DNA of 64,000 nucleotides from assembly GCF_032191835.1 (NCBI RefSeq), contig NC_083237.1:21886001-21950000 (forward strand). The letters are read 5' to 3'. Of this stretch, positions 24,001 to 37,093 are shown one piece after another (positions within the stretch are counted from its first letter, which is position 1; each line of letters begins with the position of its first letter). The translations under genes and the position numbers were made by a program. The notes below the pieces were generated by a model. It had not been told where the DNA came from. It saw only the letters and a program-made list of their open reading frames with translations, and did no database searches. Source of the DNA: Heteronotia binoei. Taxonomy: Eukaryota.

Positions 24001-26334
24001 GTATGAGCTTTGGTGGGCAGGCTCACTTCCTCAGATACAGGGCTATGGAAGGTAGCACTTTATTGATATATAGAGGGTGGACACTAAAGTAGCTTACAGC
24101 ATAATTACTAAGCAGGAGTCAAGTGGCACCTTTAAGACCGACCAAGTTTTATTGAGAACGTTACCCGGGAGCAAAGTCTTTGTTGGTTTTAAAGGTGCCA
24201 CTTGACTCCTGCTTTGTTCAACTGCTTCAGACCAACACAAAAATAACTAATTTTTTTTTTACCTGATGGAAAAACTAAACCGTTATAATAAGTTAAGTTT
24301 TTTGGAGTTTAGTTATGGGAAAACGAAATAAATACGTCAAAATAGAGACTGGTTGTGTAAAGTATCCTTTTAACCTTGTCATGCTCCATTTGTCTCCTCT
24401 CCTGATGAGAGTACATATGCAAGAACTGAATGAGCTTAGTATATGTATGAGATAAGAATCCAGTATCCCTGTGGAGTCTTAGTGGATTCCTGTTCTGAGC
24501 GTTGTAATAACTTGCAATTCAGCAATTTCCCTTTTCCAGTTTCCGAGAGATTGTAGAGGGCGGTAGGTGGTCTGTGTGGAGGAGGAAGGGATGGCACAGC
24601 AGTGTTTGTAGTTCTACATATAGGTTTTCTGCTGACACGGAAGTGAGCAGGACAATAGAAGAGTGTGAGTGGGACCAGCATTCCTCTGCCTTCTCTCTCT
24701 CTGTGTATTGATTTTAACATGAGTAATACTGTGTGTAGTGCACTACCGTGTTTGTACAGCCAAATCAGGAGAGAGAAGAGTTGGCTACTACTATTAATAC
24801 CTCAACCAGATGTCAGAGAATGAAAGAATGCATTTTTCCTTTGGAGACTGACATGAACAAAATCTTAACTTTTTGTTTTTAAAAGTCCCCCCCCCCTCTC
24901 TAAGCAGAAAAGGCAGGGAGGAGGAAGTCAGTCAGTGGCGTTCCAGATTAATCTCATCTCACTCTTAAATGCTAACAGGTCTAGCTAGAGAGACTAGGAG
25001 GGTCCAGTCCTCTCCTCCAAGCAAGGAATAGAGATTTGGAGGAACTAAATAGTAAAGAGACTTCAGGAAGGAACTCCAGGAGAAGCTTCTCTGACCCAGC
25101 CTGACCTGGTTGGTGGGTGGGGAAGAGAGAAGTGATAAAACTCAGCAGAAATTTGTAACTTCCTAAGCTAAGGAACTTGTCCACATCTGACAGGACATGT
25201 ATAGATAGAGGGACAGAAGAATTGTGTTTTATCCATTTCTTTTGAATCCCTTGCACCGTCTGGTGCTGTGGTAAAAGTATGCTTGTGGACATTTTCTCTT
25301 TAATAAATACTTTATACCTTTGGATACTGCTAATGGTTCTCTGTACCACACAAACCTTCACTGCCTTGGATGCAGTATTTTAAAAGGGGTGCCAGGGGGA
25401 ATTCCGGCAGTTGGAAGCAGCTATTTCTCCGGGGGTGCACAAGGCAGTAAATGGTTCCCATGGTGACCAGATGCTGTGAAGCAGGAGACACATAGGCAAG
25501 GCCTCAGAACTTGGAAGGGAAGCTTGGGAGATCTGACTCTCGCAGAGGGCAACTTTTTACTAAGACCAGGTGGTGGCCATGGTTACCCAAGGAAGAAGAG
25601 CCTCTCCAGGTGTTGGGAAAACCTCGGAGAGCAGTGTGAAACAGAACCTGTAGGCCTGGGCCTTGTGGGGTTTTTTTGGGTGGGGAGGTTGCATGAAGGC
25701 TAGTGCTGCCAACTTCCTGGTAGGGCCTGGAGTTCTCCCAGAATTTCAGCTGATCTCTACACAGATCAGTTCCCTGGAGGGATGGGAAGATGGCAGCTTT
25801 GGCTCATAGACTTTTGGACATCACATCCCTGATCTCTCCCCTTCCCAAACTCCACCATCTACAGGCTCTACCCCCATCTCCCCAGGAATTTCCCAAGCCA
25901 TAGTTGGCAACTCAAAGCTGCAATCAAATGTTTTAGTAATAGGGTTGCCAACCTCCAGGTGGTGATTGGAAGTATCCCAGTATTACAATTGATCTCCAGA
26001 CTACAGAAAAATGACTACTTTGGAAGGTGAGCTCTGTGGCATTAATTACACACTGAGATGCCATCCCTCCCCAAACCCTGTCCTCCTCAGACTCCACCCC
26101 CAAGTTGTTGAAGTAGTTCCCAACTGGAGCTGGCCAGCCCCATTTAAGAACAATGATGACACGATCCTTATCCTATTTCTGATGTAATGTTTTCTGAAAG
26201 TAATGAGTATTTGAAATCATTTGGTATGTGAAACATTGATTTAATAAATACATTAATCAATTTATCATTTTAAGCAAAAAAGAAGCACTTAGCAATGTTC
26301 AAGGCAGTGAAGCCTGTGTTTTCTAGGTAGGAGA

Positions 26335-27900
26335 TCATAATAAAGCTGCATGTGTTGTATGCATAGGGACATAAGAGAGGTCATATTGGATCAGGCTAAT
26401 GGTCCATCCAGTCCAGCATTCCGTGTCACACAGTGACCAAAACTCAGGTCCCATCAGGAAGTCTACGAGCAGGGCCAGAACTTTGCACTGTTGCCCCCCA
26501 AGCACCAAGAATAGAGTATCAACGCCCCAGACATAGTGTTCCCTCTGTACCTTGTGGCTAATAGCCACTGATGGACGAACCTCTACTCCATATGTTTATC
26601 CAGTCCCCTCTTGAAGCTGTCTATGCTTGTAGTTGCCAACACTTCCTGCTACAGTGAATTCCATGTGTTAATTACTCTTTGAGTGAAGAAGTACTTCCTT
26701 TTGTCTGTTCTAAGCCTAATGCTCATTTCATTGAGTGTCCATTAGTTCCTGTATTGTGGGAAAGGGAGAAAAGTACTTCTTTTTCTAACTTCTCTATCCC
26801 TGCATAATTTTGTAAACCTCTATCATGTCACCCCTTAGTCATCATTTCACCAAGCTAAAAGGCCCCTAACCTCTTTAACCTTTCTTTGTAGGGAAGGTGT
26901 TCTATCCCCTTGATCATTTTAGTTGCTCTTTTCCTCACCTTTCCTAATACTGTAATATCCTTTTTGAGGTGCTGTGACCAGAACTGTACACAATGTTCCA
27001 AATGAGGCTGTATCATAGATCTGTACAGGGGCATTATGATACTGGCTGATTTGTTTTCAGTTCCCTTCCTAATAAAACCCAGTATAGCATTTGCCTTTTT
27101 TACATTGTAGTTGCGCATTGAGTTGACATCTTCAGTGAGTTATCGACCACAAATCCAAGGTTTCTCTCCTAGACAGTCCCCTCCAGTTTGGACCCCATCA
27201 ACATATATTTATAGTTAGGATTTTTGGCTCAGACATGCATTGCTTTGCACTTTCCCATGTTGAACCTCATTTGCCACATTGATACCTACTTGCCCAGCTT
27301 GGACAGATCTGCCTGGAGGTCCTCACACTCCCCCTTGCTTTTCACCAGCTGAACAACTTAACACAATATGCAAACTTAGCCACTTCACTGCTTACTCCCT
27401 ACTCCAGATTATTAATGAATGTTAAAAAGCTCCAGACATAATAGTCTTCAAGCAGTGGCTGAACAAGGAGGCCTTGTGGTACCGCACTGAGTACCAGCTT
27501 CCACTGTGAAAACTGCCCATTTATACTTACTCTCTGTTTCCTCTTAATTGACTAGTTTTTAATCCAGGAGTAGAGGACTTATTCTCTTACATCATGACTG
27601 CTGAGTTTACTTTGGAGCCTTTGATGAGGAACTTTATCACAAGTTTTCTGGAAGTCTTGGTAAACAACAGCTACTAGGTCACCTTTGTTCATGTTTGTTC
27701 ACCCCTCCAAAGAACTATAAGGTTAGTGAGACAAGATCTTACAGAATCCATGCTGATTCTTCCTCAGTAGCTATTCATCAATGTGCCTACTCATTTTATC
27801 TTTACTTACCTGGTATTGATGTTAGACTGACCAGCCTGTAATTTTCCAAATCTCCTCTGGAACCTTTTTTAAAAGGTGGGAGTTACATTGGCTAGCCTTG
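26335..27900 (-). mobile_element. CR1 LINE 3' fragment
   Basis: ORF 26855-27118 KKANAILGFIRKG..LYRSMIQPHLEHCVQFWS is CR1 ORF2 C-terminus; CR1 3' UTR near 26360-26560. Confidence 0.85.
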
Positions 27901-28231
27901 GGAATGGAAGCAGATTTTAGAGATAGATTGCATATTTTTTCAGCAGATCCACAAGTTCACATTTGAGTTCTTTCAGAACTCTTGGATGTATGCCATCTGG
28001 GCCTTGTGATTCAGTTTCTACTTGGAGATTGTGTACCCACAGAAAACCCCAATAAGGGATCCTAAGAATGAGGCCCTAATTTAGTGTGTGAGGGAAGGAG
28101 AAGGAAGGAGACTGAACAATTTACCTCTGTTTATGGAGAGATTTGAATAGGAAAACTGTTTTCAAATATTTGTTTCCTTTTCTCTAGACTTTGGCTCTGG
28201 TGTTTGAGTCTGATTTAATATTCCAGTTTCC

Positions 28232-28372
28232 ATGGACAAGTGGCGAAAGCTCCTAGGCAGGGTACGAACTTCAGATTCAGAACGTTACACCCAACCGAGA
28301 TCCTTCACTGAGGTTTCTACTGAAGACTTTGCTGGCGAATATGGTTTTGAGTTGGTACTCCTGAAGTTGCAG
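28232..28372 (+). CDS. Candidate first coding exon of gene B (exon 28188-28372)
   Basis: Strong acceptor ttccttttctctag|, ATG in ccATGG context with an upstream in-frame TGA, donor CAG|gtaatc; MDKWRKLLGRV...LVLLKLQ. No homology recognised. Confidence 0.4.
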
Positions 28373-28834
28373 GTAATCAGGCCCAAGACCTGCAGGGTAT
28401 GGAATCAAGGAAGGGTGGGAGCAGTGCAGAGAGTGGATTGAGTGGAGGGGACCATCTAGCTTTTGAGCCAAGAATTGCATAAAAACATTGTGGGGCACCC
28501 AAAAGCCCTGTTTCACCTCTTATGTTTTTTTCTTCAAGGGAATTCTTAACAGAGTTTGTTTGGGTGGAGCTGCACATTCATGATGCACAGTTTTAATCTA
28601 GAACAAGTCCTGAATACTGCCCAGGGGCGGGGGGGTGGGATGGAGGGGGTTGCGCTCCACCTGAAGCTAAGATTGCCACCTTCTAGGTGGTAGCAGAACA
28701 AAATAAACCATGTAAAAATAAATAAACCAATAAAGACACAGTTTAAATTACAAATTTGTGTTAAGTATTTAATCTGTTCTTAATGAAATGTATGTATAAA
28801 TTTCATGAAGATTAGGTTCTGTATCAGATGAGAC

Positions 28835-29010
28835 GGAGGGAATTTGGCATGGTTTAGCCTGATCTTGTCAGATCTCAGAAGCTGAGCGGAGTTGATACTT
28901 GGAAGGGAAGATTCTGCAGTGGAAGGCCCTGGCAAACTACCTCTGCTTTTCATTTGCCTTGAAAACCCTTGCTGGGGTCACCATAAGTTGGTTGCAACTT
29001 AATGGCACTT
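28835..29010 (+). mobile_element. 5S rRNA-derived SINE fragment
   Basis: gcctgatcttgtcagatctcagaagctgagc resembles the 5S rRNA internal promoter region; degraded. Confidence 0.5.
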
Positions 29011-29329
29011 ACATATTTATGTAAGTGGAGGCAGTGTGTCATTAAAGAGTGAAAGTCTTGGGCGGAGGATTGGATAGTGTGAGTGGTCCATATTATGGCT
29101 TGTAATCTGATGGGGCAGGACACTTTGAATAAGCAACAGCATACACAAAATGTAGACAGTTCTTAGGAGGTGTTGTAGGTGTGGCAGGGTGAGGGTGCTG
29201 TTAATGGTAGAGATTTGTGAGAAGGCTCGGGTGAAGGCAGGCAATCTAGATGTCTGGCTAATGGGCTCCTGAGCTCACACAGACTGGAGTGAGCATGAAA
29301 TCTGCAACTTCGCGCCCGGCACAACTGTT

Positions 29330-31280
29330 CAATACAATTTGGACCCTTATAACTCTGCCACAAATTTTAATGAATTGGAGATTGGCTGTGAGGCTTTTGC
29401 GAACTTTTTTGCAGATAAGGTCGCGTCGCTCCGCCATGACTTCCCCGCCATATTGGAGACAGGATGTGAACCTGAGGCTCCGTGCCTGTCTTCGGAGTGT
29501 GTCCTGGATGGTTTCAATGCTCTCAGTCTGGAGGAAGTTGACAGGATTCTTGTGTCTGCTCGCCCTACAACCTGTAATCTGGACCCCTGCCCCTCCTGGC
29601 TTATTAAAGCTTGCCAGAGGGAGCTTAGATATGCTGTACGGGATATCATAAACAGATCCCTGATGGAAGGGCATTTTCCAGCTCCTCTGAAAGAGGCTGT
29701 GGTCCGCCCTCTATTGAAAAAACCAATGTTAGATCCGGCCGAATTGACACACTATCGGCCGGTCTCGAATTTACCCTTTTTGGGTAAACTCATTGAGAGG
29801 GCAGTGGCGTTGCAGTTGCAGAGTTTTCTGGAAGATGCTTCCGTTCTCGACCCCCATCAGTCCGGTTTCCGTCCGGGTCACGGGACGGAGACAGTGCTGG
29901 TCGCTTTGATGGATGATCTCCAGCGGCATCTGGATCGAGGCGGCTCGGCAGTGCTGGTGTTGTTAGACCTATCAGCAGCGTTGGATACGGTTGACCACCA
30001 GCTGCTGACTTGTCGTCTCGCCGGCGCGGGGATTCAGGGGTTGGCCCTACAATGGCTCTCCTTGTTCCTTGATGGTCGGGGACAAAGGGTGGCGATTGGG
30101 GGTGAGTTGTCCCAGAGGCACACGCTTGATTGTGGGGTGCCCCAGGGGGCAGTTCTTTCCCCAGTGTTGTTTAACATCTACATGCGCCCCCTTGCCCAGA
30201 TTGCCCGGAGATATGGGCTGGGTTGCCACCAGTACGCTGATGACACCCAGCTCTATCTATTCATGGACGGTCGGCCTGACTGTGTCCCAGAAAACCTGGA
30301 CCGGGCATTACAAGCCGTGGCTAGATGGCTCAGGCTGAGTAGGTTGAAACTAAATCCAGCGAAGACAGAGGTCCTTTGCTTGGGTCGCCGTGGTCTGGGG
30401 GGGAAAATTCCCCTTCCAGCTCTTGACGGTGTGCCACTGACAGTGGCGCACAGGGTCAAGAGCTTGGGGGTACTACTTGAGCCTGCCTTAACTATGGAGG
30501 CTCAGGTAGCAGCTACTGCTAAGTCCGCATTCTTTCATCTTAGGCGGGCGAGGCAGCTGGCTCCCTTCCTGGAGCAGGACGATCTGGCAACAGTGATCCA
30601 CGCAACGGTCACCTCAAGGTTGGATTACTGTAATGCCCTCTACATGGGGCTGCCCCTGTGCCGAACCCGGAAGTTGCAGCTAGTGCAGAACGCCACCGCT
30701 TGGCTGTTATTAGGGCTCCCTAGACGGGAGCACATTCAGCCGGGCCTTTGGGGACTGCACTGGCTGCCAATAATATACCGAGTCCGGTACAAGGTGCTGG
30801 TTATTACCTTTAAAGCCCTATATGGCCTAGGACCTGCCTACCTTAGGGACCGTCTCTTCCCATATATCCCCCAGAGAGTACTGCGATCTAGCTCTCGAAA
30901 CCTGCTTGTAATCCCCGAGCCAAAGGAGGCCCGGTTGAAGTCAACCAGGGATAGGGCCTTCTCAATTACAGCCCCTTGCTGGTGGAACCAGTTACCGGAA
31001 GAGGTCAGGGCCCTGCGGGATATTGGACAGTTCTGCAGGGCCTGCAAGACAGTCCTCTTCCGGTTGGCCTATAACTGACCGGTACCGAAACACCGAAATA
31101 TTGAAGGAAGTTTATAGATAGCACACTGATAGCGATATTAATGTTTTAACTATGTAATTTATTATTGTATTTTAATTCTGAATTTTATTGTTAGAACTTT
31201 TATGCTGTGAGCCGCCCTGAGCCCGCTTCGGTGGGGTAGGGCGGGATATAAATAAAATCAAATAAATAAATAATAAATAA
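29330..31280 (+). mobile_element. L2-clade LINE, 5'-truncated, with an uninterrupted 579-aa RT ORF (29339-31078)
   Basis: QSGFRPGHGTET, LLDLSAA.DTVDH, GVPQGAVLSP, YADDTQLY; AAAT-type 3' tail at about 31250-31280. Confidence 0.92.
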
Positions 31281-32427
31281 GAACTGGTTTTTCTGGTAGG
31301 CAGCTGGGATTGATCAGTGATACATGCAACAGCAGCAATGGGCTTTCCCTTCCTTCTTTCTCATTCCCACTCCTGAACCCAGTATTCACAGATTCTGAAC
31401 AGGCTATATTGTCTAAAAGGCATACCTTACCCTGTCCTTGTGAGGGTGTGCAGCCCGCCACCTCCTCGGTCCATCATCCGTGCCATGACTGTGTACAATA
31501 ATGGTGTAGCTGATGTGGTGGAATACGCAAAAAAGGCATCGGGACACAGAACTGGTGAGTGGCAACAGCTCATCTGCCTCTTCTTTGACCACAATGGAGG
31601 AAGGCAGGATGGTGCTCTGGGAACTGCATTCTGAGATGGCTATCTCGGCCTGATTTCTGAAAGAGAGAAGAGCCAGGAGTCACAGCCCACTCCCTTCCAC
31701 CCAGTGGCAAGAGCAAGGCAGTCTCCACAGGTTCAAAGGCACCTAAATAGTTTTATGGGTTAGGCCCTGATGTACTGGAAGCTCATGAACTCATTTTTCC
31801 CCACCCCAGAAACAAGAGCCTTCTTCCTCACACACAGAGTGACCTGTAGTGTGTGCCGTGAAAAGGGAGGAACAAATTTAGGTGCCTTCTGCCCCCACAT
31901 TGTCATGGCTACGGTAGATGATTCAGGTTAAAAAAATGTATTTTCTAGGGCAGGTGGGGGGGAGAGGAGAGACTTCCATATTTTAGCACCATGTGTATGT
32001 TGGGCTAGTTGTTTTTACTGTTAGTGAGGGAAAGGCTCTCTGTATAATGTTAGGGTCTGCTCTCTCTCAGTATGGTGTGTTGGTTAGAGGACTAGTGTCT
32101 GGGAGACCCAAGTTCATATCCTCACTCTGGCATAGAAGGTTGCAGGGTGGCCTTGGGCCAGTCATACACTCTCAGTCTAAGCTACCCCACAGGATTGTTG
32201 TGAGGATAAAATGGAGGAGACTGATTTAAACCTCTTTGGGTTCCTACTGGGGGGAAAGATGCAGTATAAATGCAGGCAATGAAATAAAATATTCCAAGAC
32301 TCCTCCATAGCTCTGAAATTTGATCCTCAAGCTGTTCTGTGACTGGACTTGAAGCTCTCCAATATCAGCTCGCTTCTTCAAAGTGGTCTCCCTTAAAAAC
32401 TCTCCCCCCCATTATGTCTTTTGGCAG

Positions 32428-32543
32428 ATGTGCCCCACCTTGAGCACCCAATCCAGGTGGAAGGGAATCAACATGCCCGGTACTTCACTGACAAGAAGAC
32501 AGCATTCAAGAGTGTCACTGTCCCTTATGAAAGTCCTGAGGTT
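32428..32543 (+). CDS. Candidate upstream exon of gene B
   Basis: ttttggcag| acceptor; donor after 32540 or 32543 followed by a G-run; open in phase 0-2 (MCPTLSTQ...) and phase 1-0 (DVPHLEHP...). Frame unresolved. Confidence 0.3.
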
Positions 32544-33145
32544 GTGAGGATCAAGATTGCTTGCATAGATGGGATTGTGGGGGGGGGGGGGGGGTATAAA
32601 GAGAGAGACTGTGGGAAAGCTCCTGGACAACTTCTGTATTTATTTAGGAAAATTTTATGTCGCCTCTCCAGAATCCTGCTTGAGGCAGTTTATTAGTTAA
32701 GGCTGTTAAGTGTTATCTGCAATTAAATGCAGGGGTGCCAATTTTGAATTTATATGCAATATTCAAATCCCATGTCTATCCCCACCAAAGGATTGCCATA
32801 TTTTGGCTGGGAAATTTTTAAAGATATGAGAGCAGAGGATGGAGAGGGTGGAATTAGTAGAATGGAATCAGCAGGGGTGTGATGCCATAGATTCCACCCT
32901 TCAAAGCAGTCATTTTCTCCATGGGAACTGGTCTCTGTAGTCTGGAGATCAGTTGCTCGTCCAGGAGAATTCCAGCCCCCAAGCAGAAGTTGGGAACCCC
33001 ACCCCACAGTCACCACGTTCTCTGATTCTTTACTGCGCTATTTCTGCATGATTATTTTTTCACCCCTCATTTTTTGTTATTCCTTACCTCTACCCCAAAG
33101 CTTTTGTTAAGGAGGGGATATCTGTGTGTCATTCTGTCTCTGCAG

Positions 33146-33255
33146 GAAGGATCATTGTACACCATCATCCTGTACAGATTTATGTGCCTACGTGGCTGTG
33201 TTTCGTGCACATGTTGGCAGAATTTCTTGATAGTGATCACTCTTGAATCCCAGAA
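33146..33255 (+). CDS. Candidate upstream exon of gene B
   Basis: tctgtctctgcag|GAA ... CAG AA|gtgagt; only the phase 0-2 frame is open, compatible with the 37002 exon. Could be non-coding. Confidence 0.3.
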
Positions 33256-33999
33256 GTGAGTAACACGTCTGTTGCACATCTGCTGTTGGTGTGTTTTGGC
33301 CCCGGAGGGTGGCATGTGAAGAGCACTGGGGGCCAGGGCTCTTGAGTTCTATACAATGAGAAATAAGGTGTCTGTTTGAGATCAGACTAGCCTAGAAGTC
33401 CTGGGGTCTCTGGGAAGGAAGTGGAGTGTTTCAGGGAATTAGCAAAGAGGTGTGGTGAGAGTCAGAACTTTGAATTCCATTGGTCCAATGATATCCGTTC
33501 ATGCCAAGTGTTATGTTGGTTTAACAAAACAGTAATTCCTGCTTCATTTTCCTGAGGGGTATATTAGAAGTGAAGCAGAAGTATGGATGAACGCATACAA
33601 CCTACTTCTCATGCAAGTTATCTGTGCTGGATCTATCTGCTTCCCCCATTTTTCCAGTGTAGAAGGGATGGCGACTTCCTTTCTAGACAATGGAAGAGAA
33701 CTTGGAGGGGGGAGCTCTGGGTGCTCCTTCAAGCACTGTGAATCCACACATAGTAGATTTACAATTTCCTTTTGTGTAAAAGAGTATTCTGCATCCCAGG
33801 AGGTAACAAAGAAGCAGTCTTCTGCCACCATTGCATGTGCACAGTGTAGGCCCTCAGAGCTGTTCCAGGTGGCCAAAGTCTTGTTAGGATTGGTGCTGCA
33901 GGACAAGATGAACTGCCCCATGGCCCACTGTGACCATTGTGCTCAGCACTTTACAGATAAATCTCTTGCATCTATTCCAACTTGGACTCTGTATTAGCA

Positions 34000-36500
34000 A
34001 TGACGGGATCAGGCGGTGCCAGGATGCCAACTTGTCCAGTTGTTTGAGATGCTTTTCTGTTTATTTGGTCTGAGGATATGGACAGGATCCTCAAGTTTGA
34101 GGCCTACCACCTGCTTGTATGACCCTTGCCCTTCTTGATGAATTAAATCTGTGGGGTGAGGGGGCTGAATGACTGGGTTGGAGAAGTAGTTAATGCTTCT
34201 GTAAGAGAGGAGGTGGTCGCCCCAGCCTCGAAACAGACTGTGGTCATTGTTCCCTTTAAGCTGAGTTAGTGTGAGCTAGCTCACAATTGTTTAGCCTCCA
34301 GCTTACACATTTTTGTCTCAGCTCAGGAAGAATGGCCCCAAAGCAAACTCATTTATGCAGTAGCTCACAACTTGAATGCTGGTAGCTCACAAAATAATTC
34401 TTTTGCTCACAAGACTCCACAGCTTAGAGGGGGCATTGACTGTGGTGTGTCCATTTCTAAAGAAGCATGCACCCTGGATCCAGGAGATGTCCATAATTAT
34501 TGACTGGTCTCAGCTGTGCCATTCTTGGGCAAGATGATTTAACTCCAAGCCTTCCTGTTTAGATCCCTTCCAATCTAGCTTTAGGCCTGGTTAGGCAAAA
34601 GATGAGATGGCTGGACAGCGTTACTGATGTAATTAACATGAATTTAAGTGGACTTCAGAGGGTGGTGGAAGACAGGAGGGCCTGGCGTGACTTGGTCCAT
34701 GGGGTCGCAGAGTGGGACTCGACTGTGTGACTGAACAACAACAATGGACTGAAACAGTCTTGGTCGGCCTGGTGGTTGACGTGCTGGGAAATAGACGGGG
34801 AGTGTGACTCCTCAGCTTCTCATGGCATCTTTCTTGACTGCCTATCTGGGTTGGGATTGAGAGGCATCATTATACAGAGGTGCCACTGCTGTCTGGAGGG
34901 AAGGTTTCAGGAGGTAATGCTGGGGGACTGCTGCTCAGCCCCTTGGCCAGTGGGGCCCCACAAGGTTCCATCTTATCCCCTGTGCTCTTTAATATTGATA
35001 TGAAACTGCTGGGTGAGGCCACCCAGAGATATGGGTTCAATGGTGTGCTGGAGCAGGTTCTTACTGGGTTGCAAGAGCCAATTGTTAGATTTTCACAAAT
35101 TTTGCAAGCTGGTTGAAAATTCTTCGGCATGCATGTATGCTTGAGCTTTGCCTCCAGATGGCACCAAGCAATGGCCAAAACCTACAAGCAGTATCAAGAG
35201 ACATGCTGCGAAATGTGGCTATGCTGCAGAAATAAAGAGATTCCTTGCTAGAGTGAGTGCAGGTCCGTGAGGCACGTAGGGCTGTAAAGCTGTCCCATGG
35301 GTGGGAAGAGCACTGTATCTGTGCCTCAGGGGTGGACTGGATGGCCAAAATGAAGAAACAGGTCTGTAGTCTGGGGGTGCTCTTGGACCCAGGTCAACTG
35401 CTGGATAAGCAGATGGCAGTTGTGGCCAGGAGTGCCTTTTACCAGCTTTGACTGGTTAGCTGGATGCTGCCTTTCTTTTGCAGACAAGATTAGGCCACAG
35501 TGGTGCATGTCCTGTTTAAATCTAGACTGATACTGCAGTAGCAGTTGCTCTGCCAGCGGGTTTTCTGCTTTCCCCGGATCAAGCGATTGATTCCCTACCA
35601 GTTGCTGCACAGTCAGTGGCTCCCTCCAATTTCCCTCACGTCTTCTTGATTGCTAAAAAAACAATTGGCGGGAACTGAGGGTGGCCATGCAGCAACTGGT
35701 AGGGAATTGATCCCTTAATCTGAGGAAAGCAGTAGTCTGGGGGCAGACCGACTGCACTGTGGAATGAGTCCTAGTTTAGATTACTGCAGTATGCTGTACA
35801 TGGGGCTGCTTTAGAAAAATCTTTGGAAACTTTTAGTTGGTACGGAATGCTGCAGTCAGGATGCTTACTGGAGTGGGTTGTGGGGGCCATATCATCCCAG
35901 TCTTGGCTCATTTATACTAGCTCCCAGTTTGTTTTTGGGCACAATTCAAGGTGCTAGTCTTTACCTTCAAAACCCTATATGGTTTGAGGTCAACATAGCT
36001 TGAGTGTTACCTACTACTCACCAACCACTGTGGTCATTTTTGGAGGCGCTGGTTCAGGTGCCCTTGTCGTCTGAGAACAGGTGGGTGGCAACCTTGGAAG
36101 GGCCTTCTCAGTCATGGCACCAAAGCTCTGGAACTCTCTCCTTAAGGAGATTTATTTGTCGCCTTCCATTGCCATCTTGGGCCAGCAGGTGAAGACTTTT
36201 GTGTTTGGTTTGGCATTCCATCAGTGCTCTCTCCTTCCTTGAGCAGTATTTAACAGCTGGTTTTATGTCTTTGTACACATTTTAATTCTGTTTCTAATTG
36301 TTTTAATGATGTGTGTTTTGGAGGAACTGATTTTAATGGTTTTAAAATGGGGTTCTATCATGTATGTCTTGTTTGTTTTAGTATTTTTTGTTAGTTTTAG
36401 TATTGTTAGCTGCCTTGGTAGCCTTTGTGAGGGCAGAGTGATGGAATATAAATTTTGTAAAATAAAATACAGAAAAACAGAAAATGTGTAAAATAAAGAG
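34000..36500 (+). mobile_element. Old degraded L2 LINE (interrupted)
   Basis: Remnants such as SGAPQGSILSPVLFNIDM (34880-35116) and SLGVLLDP; many stops. Confidence 0.7.
34595..34745 (+). mobile_element. RTE/BovB LINE 3' end fragment
   Basis: gatgagatggctggac...ggagggcctggcgtg...tccatggggtcgc...gactgaacaacaac matches the BovB 3' terminus as recalled. Confidence 0.75.
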
Positions 36501-36598
36501 GATGTATGAACTGTGCAAAAGTAAGCTGTACCCTCTTAAACATCCTTCTACAGGGACACCTTTGCTGTTTTGCTTATTATTGTTAGTATATAATGGAT

Positions 36599-36920
36599 CA
36601 GGGGTGGCCAAACTTGGTTAACATAAGAGCCACATAGAATACATTTCAGATGTTTGAGAGCCACAAAAAATGAATGTCAGATGTTTGAGAGCAGGAAGGA
36701 AGGAAGGCAAATAGATTGGGGGAAGGAGAAAGGAAGAGATGGAAAGAAAGCAAATTTAAATCCATTCTCCAAGCCACTAGCTGGATTGGTTTGGAGAAGT
36801 GATTTAAAAAGACAAATGCCTTCTGCAAACTGGTTGATAGGATAGTGGGGGCTTCAAGAGCCACGCAATATGTATGAAAGAGCCACATGGGGCTCCTGAG
36901 CCGCAGTTTGGTCACCCCTG
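36599..36920. mobile_element. hAT-like MITE
   Basis: TIRs CAGGGGTGGCCAAAC / GTTTGGTCACCCCTG; flanks TAATGGAT / TAATAGAC (6 of 8 match, degraded 8-bp TSD). Confidence 0.65.
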
Positions 36921-37001
36921 TAATAGACCATCTAATGATGACATGGAATTCATGCTTACACTTTTTTATACTCTCCTCCTGGCTTTTTGTTCTTTTAACA
37001 G

Positions 37002-37093
37002 AGGGCAGATTCTTGGGCGTAGCTGTTTTGAAGTCAGGGTGTCTTCCATGCCCGGATTAGACCTCATGAGAGATGAAGGAAAGGCTTTGGAAG
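37002..37093 (+). CDS. Gene B probable exon preceding the CARD array (alternative ATG at 37048)
   Basis: tttttgttcttttaacag|A GGG ... GAA G|gtacaa; phase 2-1; ...MPGLDLMRDEGKALE; its phase-1 end joins CARD1. Confidence 0.5.

Noticed and set aside
23319-24026. Several long overlapping ORFs in the CpG island
   Set aside because: Low-complexity Pro/Ala/Gly/Arg translations expected from GC-rich DNA; they start at non-ATG codons and have no recognisable domains.
33544-33997. 125-136 aa ORFs on both strands in the duplicated segment
   Set aside because: Neither frame is preserved in the paralogous 23.1-23.3 kb copy, which has stops and shifts.
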